From assembly GCF_030028105.1 (NCBI RefSeq), contig NC_092371.1, forward strand, positions 204,288,031 to 204,352,030: a DNA stretch of 64,000 bases, read 5' to 3'. Position 1 is the stretch's first letter, and each line of letters begins with the position of its first letter. Below the pieces are notes generated by a model. That model searched no databases. It was not told the origin of the DNA and saw nothing but the letters and a program-made list of their open reading frames with translations. Shown here piece after piece: positions 13,721 through 26,499 of the stretch. The stretch comes from Mobula birostris (taxonomy: Eukaryota). Made by a program: the position numbers and the translations under genes.

Positions 13721-13885
13721 AAAAGAGGTGCAGTCAACGTTTCAAACCAAAATCTTTCAGCAGGATTGATATCTCGGCCCAAAACATCATCTGGACTTTT
13801 TTCCATAGATGCTGCCTGCCTGCTGAGTTCCTCCAACATTTGTGTGTGTTGCTTTGACTTATCTGCATATTTTCTCTTGTGTTTG
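13721..13885. mobile_element. Penelope-like terminal-repeat fragment with two opposed, degenerate hammerhead remnants
   Basis: Minus strand caatc-CTGCTGA...GAAACGTT-gactg, then plus strand tctcggccc-aaaacatc and the pLTR tail. Confidence 0.65.
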
Positions 13886-15756
13886 ATGCTCTCCCAATGT
13901 TCATCCAGTATCTGGAAGTAAGTCCTACTCCATTATGGTACCATGTGGGACAGAAGGAGGACAGGTGATGGAGAGTGGAGAGACATGAGAAGAGTACTGG
14001 GGTGAGGTGAAATGGGGAAAAGCAAGAAGAATAAGGTGTAGAGAGAGAATGCAGATGATGGAGGAGTGTGGAAACTATGCAATTATAGGCAAGCTCATGA
14101 TGTAATTTGAACACATTGAAAATTTTTAAACTCTTGAGAGATTAAGACAAGAGTTTAACGACAGGCGCATTCTAAGATATTAGGATTTTAGTTCTTTTTA
14201 AAAATATGACTAGAAATGCCATTAACTTGAGGTAAGTTTTTATTGTATAACCTGGCAGAACTACTTTTTACCTTGCTGATGGTCTGTATTAATACGCAGT
14301 GAAATAGACTATAACTTGTCTGCAGTTAGATAACAGTAATAATTAAAAAAAATACAAGAAAGATAAAGATGAAAAAAGTCAAAGACTGAGAAAATGGTGT
14401 CTTAATAGGATATGCTGTGCAACTGTATTCACTTTCGTGTCTTCTGAATTTGCTGTTGGATCACTTTCTAATTGAAATGGGTGGGTTTTGCAGATAAAAT
14501 TTACATGTATTCTGCCAACTACTACATTATCATTAATGTTTTTGATTTTCACAAAATCTACTAGTTACATGTATCTAAAGTAGCTTCTAAATTCTATCAT
14601 GTTCTGGAGTTAATATATATAAAATATTATATTTCTATTTTCCAAGAACAAACTCAAGTGTAAAATTATTATTTCAAAGCCTTTATTTTTTTTCAGATTC
14701 CAGGGATAGCTACAAAATATGAGACTACTTGCAGTATTTTTGGTTGAATCAGAAATTAGTTTTGTTAACTTTAGCTTCAGGTCATTATGAACTACTCTAT
14801 TAATTAGCCAAAACTTATGAGGCTTTTGAGTTTGGCAGGGATTAACATGTTCAGTCTAAGGAATAAGAGGTGTTCCTTGGAATGGAATGCCTCAAGTACA
14901 AGGAGAGGCTAGGTTTCTTTGGATAGGCTGGGTTTCCTTGGCATGGCAGTTGTTAATAGTTTCTGATTGAAATAGACAAAATTGAAGGGTACATATAGGA
15001 TAGATAAAAATTTTGCACATAGAGATGTTTAAAACTAGAGATGATACTTTTTTAAGGTCATAGGTAATGAGGGGTTTGGTGGGGATTTGAGGTAGGATCT
15101 TTTTCCCCCCACCCTGGTGATAGAATATTGAAAGTTTTGATTGAGAGCATGAAAGCATAGTCTGTCAATACTTAACTAATAAGAGAAGCACTTCAATTAC
15201 CAAGATATAAGAGGTCATAGACAAGTATTACAAAGTGGGATTAGTATAGAAGGGTTGGCATGGATGTGGTTAGCCTATTTTTGAGCTGTTTAACTCTGAG
15301 AAATCATTTAGAGCCAGTGATATTTCAACTAACATTTTAAGTTTGTTAAATCCAGTTATGCTGTGAAATTAAATCAATAAACAGTTTTATTTACATAATT
15401 GCTTAAATTTCCTGACTGCTCTCACACTATGAATAGTTCCTGAGAATCTGCCACTATCACTTACTAGTGAACGAGAACATACATACTGGAAGCAGGTGAA
15501 AAATTATCTCTCACCCTCAGTAAGCCATATTACATCCAGACCAAGCCTTTCTTCACAATGCAAATAAATTATCCTGTTATGATTAACTATATTAGATGCT
15601 GTTTTACAAGATACTTCTAAGAGTGTATTTGGATGGTGACGGGAATATATTTTTCCTTGAGCCATTTTTACATGCAGTTTTGAAGAACCAGTAAGGTAAA
15701 ATATAAAAGTACTTTGCTGTGGTACTCCACATTCATTTTGTAATTGTGCATTGCAG

Positions 15757-15850
15757 CTCTTCCAACGGCAAAATGCACTGACAGTACAGCAGCTGACTGC
15801 AGCCCAACAGCAGCAGTATGCACTAGCAGCAACACAGCAGCCACACATAG
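15757..15850 (+). CDS. PUM2: PUM2 exon C ([31 protein letters not shown]), phase 0 to 1
   Basis: ttgcag acceptor, gtaagg donor; 94 nt. Confidence 0.95.
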
Positions 15851-17705
15851 GTAAGGAGCAAGAATAACTTATTTAGTCAATACTTGATCAAAATTCAAGG
15901 TTAAATACTTTGCCCTTGGTAAATCTAAGTCTGGGGGAAAAAATCCTTTTGAATATCTGTGGCCAATTCTTGCACTTTCATGTAACCGCTTAATATGTAT
16001 GTTAGGCCATGTTTGAATGTTTTGGATTGCTTTAGGATTCTTTAACTCTCCTTGAACACTTTAGAAGCTTATTGTTCATATTGATTTATCTTTAGAAGGT
16101 TAAAATATAATGTTTATTAGAAGACAGATGAGAGGAGATCTGTGTGGAGCGTAAACACTGCCATAAATCAGTTGGGACAGACTTTGACCATCTCCGCAAT
16201 CCCTTGAGGGGAGAGCTTTAGGAGTTATGGGAAATACCCAGAAAAATATTATCAGTGGAAATTATGGAAGCAAATCTACTTGAATACTTTGGTATGAAAT
16301 CTCAATAGTTGATTGATTCCTTACTTGGAATAAAATGAATTAGCCACTGCAGTAAAAGTGCCCAGTAATGCAGCATTCTCACATCTGTTTTTGGAAATGA
16401 AAACAGATAGCTTTGCAATATCTTCCCTTTATATGCAGCCTCATTACATGACTCCATTGCAGGAAATTATTTCTTGAGATAGAATGACAATGCAGTACAT
16501 TTTCAAATGACTTTGTTCATTGGGCTACATAGTCCTTCACAGAGACCCTGCAATAAACAGTCTGCTGCATCAACCTCCACCCCTGTATACTGCTCAATAT
16601 CTCCACAATTTTATCAGCACTTATGTTTCAACTCGTGCAAAAAAAAAGTGGAATTTATATTTCTTAGAGTAACCTTTTCCATATTTGCATACAGACAGCA
16701 GGATCATTTGAAAATATAATTTTATTTGTTGTGTATGTAAGCAGTAGTTTCTGTTTAAAGTTGCAACTTGGATGGTTTTGTTGTCATCAGTTTGAATCTA
16801 CTGCAGTCAATTTTGTATTTGGGGGAATTTGATATCAAAAGCAGAATACAAAGCACTAGATAAAGGCTAGAAAATACTGTTGTGTTCAGATTTCTCCTAA
16901 ATTTTTAAGATGATTAGAGATCAGTTCATAAAATAGAATCAGTGGGAATTTAGAATTCTGCATACTGGCACCAATCAGATAAATGGTGCATGTACAGATG
17001 AAGGAAATGCTGGACTGCAAGCCAGGAATATCTGTGATAATTTATGGTAGTTGCTCCTCAATCTTATTCCCAGATTAATACATGCACTATCCTAAATGTA
17101 ATTATATCTTCACTGTAATGGTTATAAGAGATAGAATTTCTTGGCTGAGATGATTATATGTTAAAGACTTGGTTTTCAATCTTAATGGTAAATGTTACCA
17201 GAGTACAATACTTCCACTAATTTCATTACAGAATCTGCAATATATTACTTGCCATTTCTACATGTGTAAAGAGCCTTTATCTTGCTTCACTGATGGTTCA
17301 CTGATTTAAGTTTGAAAACATGTATTGTGCATTTCATTTTTCGCCAGAACCCGCCTCCTTTCTGTTTCTATATTTTTCTTGCAACTTACGGGTTTGTAAC
17401 CATACTGAGATGTCATGTTTGCAAGAACATGTGTGACCACTTCTTTAGAAAACTTTATTCCCTCTATCTCCATGACATTTGTGTTAGCATCTTCTATGCC
17501 ATGCTGAAGTATAGAATATGACCAGTGGGATGGAAGCTCACTTATGTTGGCAATATGAAGGAAAAGACCATTTATTGCTACAAAGAGTTATTTAGATTTC
17601 TGTGGGGAATTGTCAGAAGTGAAGACCGATGGACTAGTGCTCAAAAATGTACCTTTTGGATTTTTTTGGAATAGAAGGAGTAAATAATGTATTTTTTTGT
17701 CTTGA

Positions 17706-17870
<165 letters not shown>

Positions 17871-18139
17871 TAAAGTTGTACAGACCTAATTTAAAAGGCT
17901 GTTGGGGGCTGAGGGTGGGATAAAGAAGAAAGCAACTCAGTATTACACACCTTTGTATAGATTGGAGCAGGTCATATACTCCATTTGAACAAACTGCTTT
18001 CAGTCCCAGTTGAAATCAGTGATTTCTAATATTTGTGTCTGATAAAGTGGCATTAATGCTAAGGAACTTCAGCGAGATTCTCACCCTTCTATTAGAGGTG
18101 GAGCCAAATAACTGATTTGGTGTTCTAAATCTAAAATCA

Positions 18140-19099
18140 GGGATCTGTTCTGGGACCCTTACTCTTCGTGATTTTTATAAATTACCTGGATGAGGAAGTG
18201 GAGGGATGGATTAGTAAGTTTGCTGATGGCACAAAGGTTGGAGGTGTTGTGGATAGTGTGGAGGGCTGTCAGAGTTTACAGCGGGACATTGATAGGATGC
18301 AAAACTGGGCTGAGAAGTGGCAGATGGCGTTCAACCCAGATAAGTGTGAGGTGGTTCATTTTGGTAGGTCAAATATGATGGCAGAATATAGTATTAGTGG
18401 TAAGACTCTTGGCAGTGTGGAGGATCAGAGGGATCTTGGGGTCCGAGTCCATAGGATGCTCAAAGCAGCTGCGCAGGTAGACTGTGTGGTTAAGAAGGCG
18501 TACGGTGTATTGGCCATCATTAATCGTGGAATTGAATTTAGGAGCCGAGAGGAAATGTTGCAGCTATGTAGTACCCTGGTCAGACCCCACTTGGAGTACT
18601 GTGCTCAGTTCTGATCGCCTCACTACAGGAAGGATGTGGAAGCTATAGAAAGGGTGCAGAGGAGATTTACAAGGATGTTGCCTGGATTGGGGAGCATCCC
18701 TTATGAGAATAGGTTGAGTGAACTCGGCCTTTTCTCCTTGGAGCGACGGAGGATGAGAGGTGACCTGATAGAGTTGCAGAAGATAAGATAAGGGCATTGA
18801 CCGTGTGGATAGTCAGAGGCTTTTTCTCGGGGCTGAAATGGTTGCCACAAGAGGACCTAAAGTGCTGGGGAGTAGGTACAGAGGAGATGTCAGGGGTAAG
18901 TTCTTTACTCAGAGTGGTGAGTGCGTGGAATGGGCTGCCGGCAACAGTGGTGGAGGCGGATACGATAGGGTCTTTTAAGAGACTTTTGGATAGGTACATG
19001 GAGCTCAGAAAAATAGAGGGCTATAGGTAAGCCTAGTAATTTCTAAGGTAGGGACTTTGTGGGTTGAAGGGCCTGTATTATGCTGTAGGTTTTCTATGT
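18140..19099 (+). mobile_element. 5'-truncated CR1 LINE
   Basis: ORF 18168..18614 (KFADGTK, DLGV, LVRPHLEYC.QF); tail ending tttctatgt. Confidence 0.92.
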
Positions 19100-19871
19100 A
19101 AAAGCCAGTTCAGTACTTGGAGAATTGAAAACTTTCCGTTTCCCCCATCATAACATCATAATGTGTCCGGCTGTAGTTTTCCATAGCATATGCGAATGAA
19201 GTTGTATATGCTACTAATATATATTTTTGACCATTCCTTGATTTCGAGAATAGCTAGACGTCTGGCCCACTACTTTAACCTTTGGCAGAACTTTGAACCT
19301 TTTCCATCAATCCCCTGTAATCCTTATCCTCTGTGTAATTATGTGAGAATGTGAGTATCTGCTAGTTGCTCTAATTTATTGAGAATTTAAAAAAAATATT
19401 TTCAATGTTTGCTGTCATACAGTATGTCTACAATTGTAACTTTTACCCTATTCCCAAATCTACTTGGGCCAACTTGTCTTAAATTCTCACGAAGATGACC
19501 GTACTTGAATTTCACATACTGGTTCCAATTTAGGCACGTAATGCTCAGAGCTGAAGTAAAATATTATCTTATAATCACTTTCTCCAGTGAATTCCTTTCT
19601 GAGATTACTGATCAATCATCCCTCTAAAATAACCAGTTCTTTTGCTGATTCCATTATTCCTTGCTGCAGCAAACTTTTGAGATCTATGATCTGTTTTGCC
19701 ATTTTCATTTATATAGTTTATGTCAAGATTGAAGTCCTCTTGTTATTTTTGTTTTGTCTTTATTAACAACTTCTCACATTAATTGAATGACACTCAATCC
19801 TGTTATTTAGCTGCTGTCAAATGGGCAGTGTTTTCGGACTCTTTATCTCTGTTTTCATTCATACTCATTCG

Positions 19872-22800
19872 AGAAACATAGAAAACTTACAACACAATAC
19901 AGACACTTCGGCCCACAATGCTGTGCCGAGAATGTCCTTTCTTTAGAAATTACCTCGGGTTACCATTGCCCTCTATTTTTCTAAGCTCTATGTACCTAAG
20001 CAGAAGTCTCTTGAAAGACTATCGTATCCATCTGTCACCACTGTCGACGGTAGCCCATTCCACGCACTCACCACCCTGAGGTTTTTTAAAAAAAAAACTT
20101 ACCCCTGACATCTCCTCTGTACGAACTTACAAGCACCTTAAAACTGTGTCCTCTTGTGTTAGCCATTTCAACCCTGGGAAAAAGCCTCTGGCTATCCACA
20201 TGATCAATGCCTCTCATCATCTTATACAACTCTATCAGGTCACCTCTCATCCTCTGTCACTCCAAGGAGAAAAGGCCAAGTTCACTCAATCTATTCTCAT
20301 AAGGCATGTTCCCCAATCCAGGCAATATTCATGTAAATCTCCTCTGCGTTCTTTCTATAGTTTCCACATCCTTCCTGTGGTGAGGTGACCAGAACTGAGC
20401 ACAGTACTCCAAGTGGCATCTGGCTGGGGTCCTATATAACTGTAACATTACCTCTGGGCTCTTGAACTCAATCCCACGATTGATGAAGGCCAATACACTG
20501 TATGCCTTTTTAACTATGCAGTCAACCTGAGTGTCCTGTAGACTCGGACCCCAAGATCCCTCTGATCCTCCACACTGCCAAGAGTCTTACCATTAATACT
20601 ATATTCTGCCATCATATTTGACCTACTAAAATGAACCACCTCACACTTATCTGGGTTGAACTCCATCTGCCATTTCTCAGCCCAGTTTTGCATTCTATCG
20701 ATGTCCCGTTGTAACCTCTGACAAACTTCCACACTATTCACAACACCCCCAACCTTTGCGTCATCAGCAAATTTACTAACCCATCCTTCCACTTCCTCAT
20801 CTAGGTCATTTATAAAAATCACGAAGAGAAGGGGTCCCAGAACAGATCCTTGAGGCACACCACTGGTCACCAACTTCCATGCAGAATATTACTCGTCTAC
20901 AACCACACTTTGCCTTCTGTGGGCAAGCCAATTCTGGATCCACAAAGCAAGGTCCCCTTAGATCCCATGCCTCCTTATTTTCTCAATAAGCCTTGCATGG
21001 GATACCTTATCAAATGCCTTGCTGAAATCCATATACACTACATTTACTGCTCTACCTTCATCAATATGTTTAGTCACATCCTCAAAGAACTCAGTCAGGC
21101 TCGTAAGGCATGACCTGCCTTTGACAAAGCCATGCTGGCTATTCCTAATCATAATTTGCTTCTCCAAATGTGCATAAATCTTGCCTCTCAGGATCTTTTC
21201 CATCAACTTACCAACCACTGAAGTAAGACTCCCTGATCTATAATATCCTGGGCTATCTCTACTCCCTCTCTTGAATAAGGGAACAACATCCGCAAAGCTC
21301 CAATCCTCCGGAACCTTTCCCGTCCCTGTTGATGATGCAAAGATCATCGCCAGAGGCTCAGCAGTCTCCTCCCTTGCCTCCCACAGTAGCCTGGGGTATA
21401 TCCCGTCTGGTCCCGGTGACTTATTGAACTTGATGCTTTCCAAAAGCTCCAGCACATCCTGTTCCGTAATATCTACATGCTCAAGCTTTTCAGTCCACTG
21501 TAAGTCATCCGTACAATGGCCAAGATCCTTTTCCATAGTGAATACTGAAGCAAAGTATTCCCTAAGTACCTCAGCTATCTCCTCTGGTTCCATATACATT
21601 TTTCCACTGCCACACTTGATTAATCCTATTCTCTCATGTCTTACGCTCTTGCTCTTCACATACTTGTCAAATGCTTTGGGGTTTTCCTTAATCCTGTTTG
21701 TCAAGGCCTTCTCATGGCTCTTGCTGGCTCTCCTAATTTCATTCTTAAGCTCCTTCCTGCTCGCCTTATAATCTTCTAGATCTCTATCCCCTAGTTTTTT
21801 GAACCTTTCGGAAGCTTTTCTTTACTTCTTGACTAGATTTATAAGGGCCTTTGTACACCATGGTTCCTGTACCCTACCAGCCATTCCCTGTCTCATTGGA
21901 ACATACCTATGCAGAACGCCACGCAAATATCCGCTGAACGTTTGCCACATTTCTGCCGTACATTTCCCTGAGAACATCTGTTCCCAATTTATGCTTCCAA
22001 GTTCCTGCCTGATAGCCTCTTATTTCTCCTTACTCCAATTAAATGCTTCCCTAACTTGTCTGTTCCTATTGCTCTCCAGTGCTATGGTAAAGGAGATAGA
22101 ATTGTGATCACTTTCTGCAAAATGTCTCCCACTGAGATCTGACACCTGACAGGTTCATTTCCCAATACCAGATCAAGTACAGCCCCTCCTCTTGTTGGCT
22201 TATCTACATATTGTCAGGAAACCTTCCTGGACACACCTAACAAACTCCACCCCATCTAAACCCCTTGCTCTCGGGAGATACCAATCGATATTTGGGAAAT
22301 TAAAATCTCCTGCCATGACAACCCTTGTTATTATTACATCTTTCTAGAATCTGTCTCCTTGTCTGCTCCTCGATGTCCCTGTTACTATTGGGCGGTCTGT
22401 AAAAACACCCAGTAGAGTTATTGACCGCTTCCTGTTCCTAACTTCCACCCACAGAGACTCAGTATACAATCCCTCTATGACCTCCTTTTCTGCAGCTGTG
22501 ACACTTATCTCTGATCAGCAGTGCCATGACCCCACCTCTTTTACCTCCATCCTTGTCCTTTCTGAAGCATCTGAAGTCTAGCACTCTTAAGTAACCATTC
22601 CTGCACCTGAACCATCCAAGTCTCTGTAATGGTCACAACATCACAGCTCTAAGTACTGATCCACGCTTTAAGCTCATCTGCTTTGTTCATAATACTCCTT
22701 GCGTTAAAATAGACACATCTCACACCATTGGTCTGAGCGAATCCCTTCTCTATCACCTGCCTATCCTCCCTCTCGCACTGTCTACACGCTTTCTCTATTT

Positions 22801-23800
22801 GTGAGCCAACCGCCCCTTCCTCCGTCTCTTCATTTTGGTTCCCACCCCCCCAGCAATCGTAGTTTCAACTCTCCCCAATAGCTTTAGCAAACCTCCCTGC
22901 CAGGATATTGGCCCCCGTTGGATTCAAGTGCAATCCGTCCTTTTTATACGGTTACACCTGCCCCAAAACTCGTCCCAGTGATCCAGAAATCTGAATCCCT
23001 ACCCCCTGCTCCATTCCCTCAACCACGCATTTATCCTCCACCTCATTCTATTCCTGTACTCACTGTCACGTGGCGCAGGCAGTAATCCTGACGTTACTAC
23101 CTTTTGAGGTCATACTTCTCAACATCCTTCCTAACTCCCTGTAGTCTGTTTTCAAGACCACCTCCCTCTTCCTCCCTATGTCGTTGGTACCAATATGTAC
23201 CATGACCTCTGGCTTTTCTCCTCCCACTTCAGGATATCGTGGACACGATTAGAAACATTTCGGACCCTGGCACCTGGGAGGCAAACTACCATCCAAGTTT
23301 CTTTCCTGCGTCCACAGAACTGCCTGTCTGACCCCCTAACTATAGAGTCCCCTGTCACTGCTGGCATCCTCTTCCTTTCCCTGCCCTTCTGAGCTACAAG
23401 ACCAGACACTGTCGCTTCCCCCAGGTAGGCTGTCTCCACCGCCCCCCCCCCCCCCCCCCAAATTACTCAAGCAGGAGTACTTATTGTTAAGGGCGACAGC
23501 CACAGGGATACCCTGTAGTATCTGACTCCTGCTCTTCCCTCTCCTGACTGTTACCCACTTATCTGTCTCCCGAGGACCCAGTGTGACTTCTTACCTATAG
23601 CTCCTATCTATCACCTCCTCACTTTCCCTGACCAAATGAAGGTCATCGAGCTGCATCTCTAGTTTCCTAACCCGGTCCCTAAGGAGCTGCAGCTCAACGC
23701 ACCTGGCACAGATGTGGCCGTCCGGGAGGCTGGGAGTCTCCCGGACTTCTCACTTCTGACACCCAGTACAGAATACCAGCCTCTCACACATACTTCCTGT
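19872..23800 (-). mobile_element. Near full-length, disrupted CR1 LINE (ORF1 SGNH-esterase, APE endonuclease, RT)
   Basis: GDSIVRG..VCLPGA (23176..23439); KSPGPDG, QHGF..GRSC, DFSKAFD (20958..21704); SGVPQGSVLGP, FADD (20514..20873). Confidence 0.93.
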
Positions 23801-25034
23801 CCCTCCCTGTCTTCTACTTGTCACTTTTCTAAGGCAAGAGCTTTATTGTTGTCCTTCACTGTAGCAGTGGTCAGTTGTTCCACTCCAAGCCACTTCCCAT
23901 TTTGTCTCTCCTTTTTAATTACTAAATAGCCCAGAATAATTAATTTTGAAACTAAAGTTACCAAGACCATATCTCTAATGGATTTTACATCAAGGCTACT
24001 TACCACTATTTTTGCTATTAATTTATCTATCATAGTGCAGGTAGTCCTCCATTCACTATAGTGTCTTTAATTTGATCTTTGGATGGAGATTAATGAAGGC
24101 CTCAATCAGCAACAGCCATATTTCTTTGTATTTGATTGGCCTGGCAATTTGCAATTGTAACCACCTTCTATTACTTGTACAATTAGATCCTTTGATTCAA
24201 CACATTTCACATACAGATATTTGTGGTTATATTGTTTATTTATTTTGCCCTTCATGGTATCAGTAGGGGCAGTGTGTACCTGTAAAACAACTGTTGCAAT
24301 ATAGGGAAATGTGGCAGATGCTTTGTATGTTGGTCCCACAATCTGTATGATCAGATAAAACGTTGATGCAGAAGGAATAGTAGTTATAATCTTCCATGTC
24401 CTCTCTTAGAACACACCCTGAGAGCAGACAAAATCTACATTTACTATCTTACGCGAAATTTAGTACTTCCAGCAGCAAAGTATTCCTTCAGTGGCGCTCT
24501 GAATGTTTGCTCCTAGGATGTGCTGAAATCATTGGCATGGAGTTTTCTGATTTGAGTTCCAGATATTATTCCGCTTTCATTTATGTTAAGTGATCTTCTA
24601 AATCCTTCCTCTTTCCCCGTTATTCCTGCATTTTTTAAACCAAGTTCCAGTTATTCAAAACCTTTGAATTTGTGGCATATTTGTAGGATAGAAAATGCTC
24701 CTAGTAATTAACATTATTGAGAGACTTTGAGTGTTCATGGTTCAGTAATAACTTCATATAAATGGAAAAGTTTTACACCTGAGTAAGTAGTGCAGGCACT
24801 GGAGTTTCAGGTCGCTACTGACACAGTAGCAACTTGCATGCAGAGGACAGTGGTGGGGGATTGAAAAGAGTCTTAGACGAATGGGTTGGCATTCATGTTT
24901 GGAGATGGATATTTATAAAGATTACGAAAGGAAGCAAAATATTAGAGGACTTCCATTAGTATTTGTGAACAGTGTTTTCTAGTGCTGCTAAAAAAAGACC
25001 AGTTGCTTCACCTGTTGCTTCATTTTTGAGCCAG

Positions 25035-25177
25035 GTCCTACCGTTGTCCCTCCTCAGTATTATGGAGTTCCATGGGGTGTGTATCCAGCTAATCTGTTCC
25101 AACAGCAAGCAGCTGCAGCAGCTGCAAACAATTCTGCCAACCAACAGGCTGCAACACAGGCACAGCAAGGACAACAA
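25035..25177 (+). CDS. PUM2: PUM2 exon E ([25 protein letters not shown]...GQQ), phase 1 to 0
   Basis: gccag acceptor, gtacgt donor; 143 nt; conserved [12 protein letters not shown]. Confidence 0.95.
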
Positions 25178-25777
25178 GTACGTGTTTCTCATTGATTTCA
25201 CTGTCTAGGTTACCTTCCGTGAATGGCTGTAACGTATTCTACTAAATTCTCTGTACAAATCTACTTAAATATTGGATGGATATTTGTGTTCATTCTGTCA
25301 TTATATAGCAAAGAAATGGCTCTCCAGTTCAGCATGTTCACACTGATTTTCAAGCACCCATCCACACAAATCCTACGTTTACTTTTTCACTCCCATACAG
25401 ATCTCCCGCCATTTTATTCACCTTCCACTCAATTTACACTAGTCACAACATATGGTTGCCAGTTTACAAACCAACGTACACATTCTTGGCAAGTGGGAAA
25501 AAAAATGGGGGAACCCACGTAGTCACAATGTACATATAGACAGCCTTTAAGGTCAGGGTCAAATTTGGGTTTCTGGAGCTGTGCAGAGGCAGTGCTAACC
25601 ACTGTTCTGCATAAATTGTATTTATATTTTAGTTACTTTAAGAATTTAAAACATTTTTATAAGTCATGCCCTAGTAATTCAATTTTAGTGATTAAAAAAT
25701 GAATTTATCGATGAGATTGGCTAGCTGCTGTTGTATCATGAAAATGATAAAGTCTTTGTTTTATGCATAATTGCTAG

Positions 25778-25913
25778 GTTCTGCGAGGTGGAAATCAGCG
25801 CCCACTCACTCCGAATCAGGGTCAGCAGAGTCAACAAGCTGACTCGCTAGCAGCTGCTGCTGCAACCAATCCGGCTCTTGCCTTTAGTCAAGGCCTTGCC
25901 ACTGGAATGCCAG
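25778..25913 (+). CDS. PUM2: PUM2 exon F ([17 protein letters not shown]...GLATGMP), phase 0 to 1
   Basis: ttgctag acceptor, gtatgt donor; 136 nt; QRPLTP motif. Confidence 0.95.
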
Positions 25914-26499
25914 GTATGTGTCTTTGTTACAATTACTTTTGAAGAGTAGCTATTTAATATACAACTCCACTTTTCTCCAGCACAGAAGACAAGCAGTAAC
26001 TCCTGGAGGAATGTAATTTCTTACATGAGGGCACTCCTATTCTTCATGCAATGAATTTTTTTCTCAGAAGGCGATAGTTGTTTTCCTTGAAATCCACACA
26101 TTCTGAACTCCACAGGTAAAATCAGAAATTGGATTTACAAGCTCTCTCCATTGACTAGAGAGGTCTTAAATAAAATTTTTCTTTATTGTTATAACCTGAA
26201 GAAACTGAGTCAGTTAGACCTTTCTGACCAACACACCATGTTTCTTTTTGCTAAGACTGTGAGGATGTGGGATAGAAAGCTTGATTATGGACTGATGAGC
26301 AGGTAGACCCAGGAGGGGAAAAGGTGGAATTGGAAAATTAAGGAAGCTGATGATGGGAATCCTCAGTGGAGAGTTGAAGGGGAGATGGAACCAAATGGAG
26401 AGGGGATCTTGTTGGTGAAATGAACTAGATAGAATCATGAGAAGGAGAAGCATGAAATTATCCAATGGTTAGGCTGGAACATTTAACAAGTCTCGCATA

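Noticed and set aside
25530-25537. Intronic Pumilio response element (TGTACATA) suggesting autoregulation
   Set aside because: TGTANATA is expected several times by chance in 64 kb of AT-rich DNA; no clustering near exons
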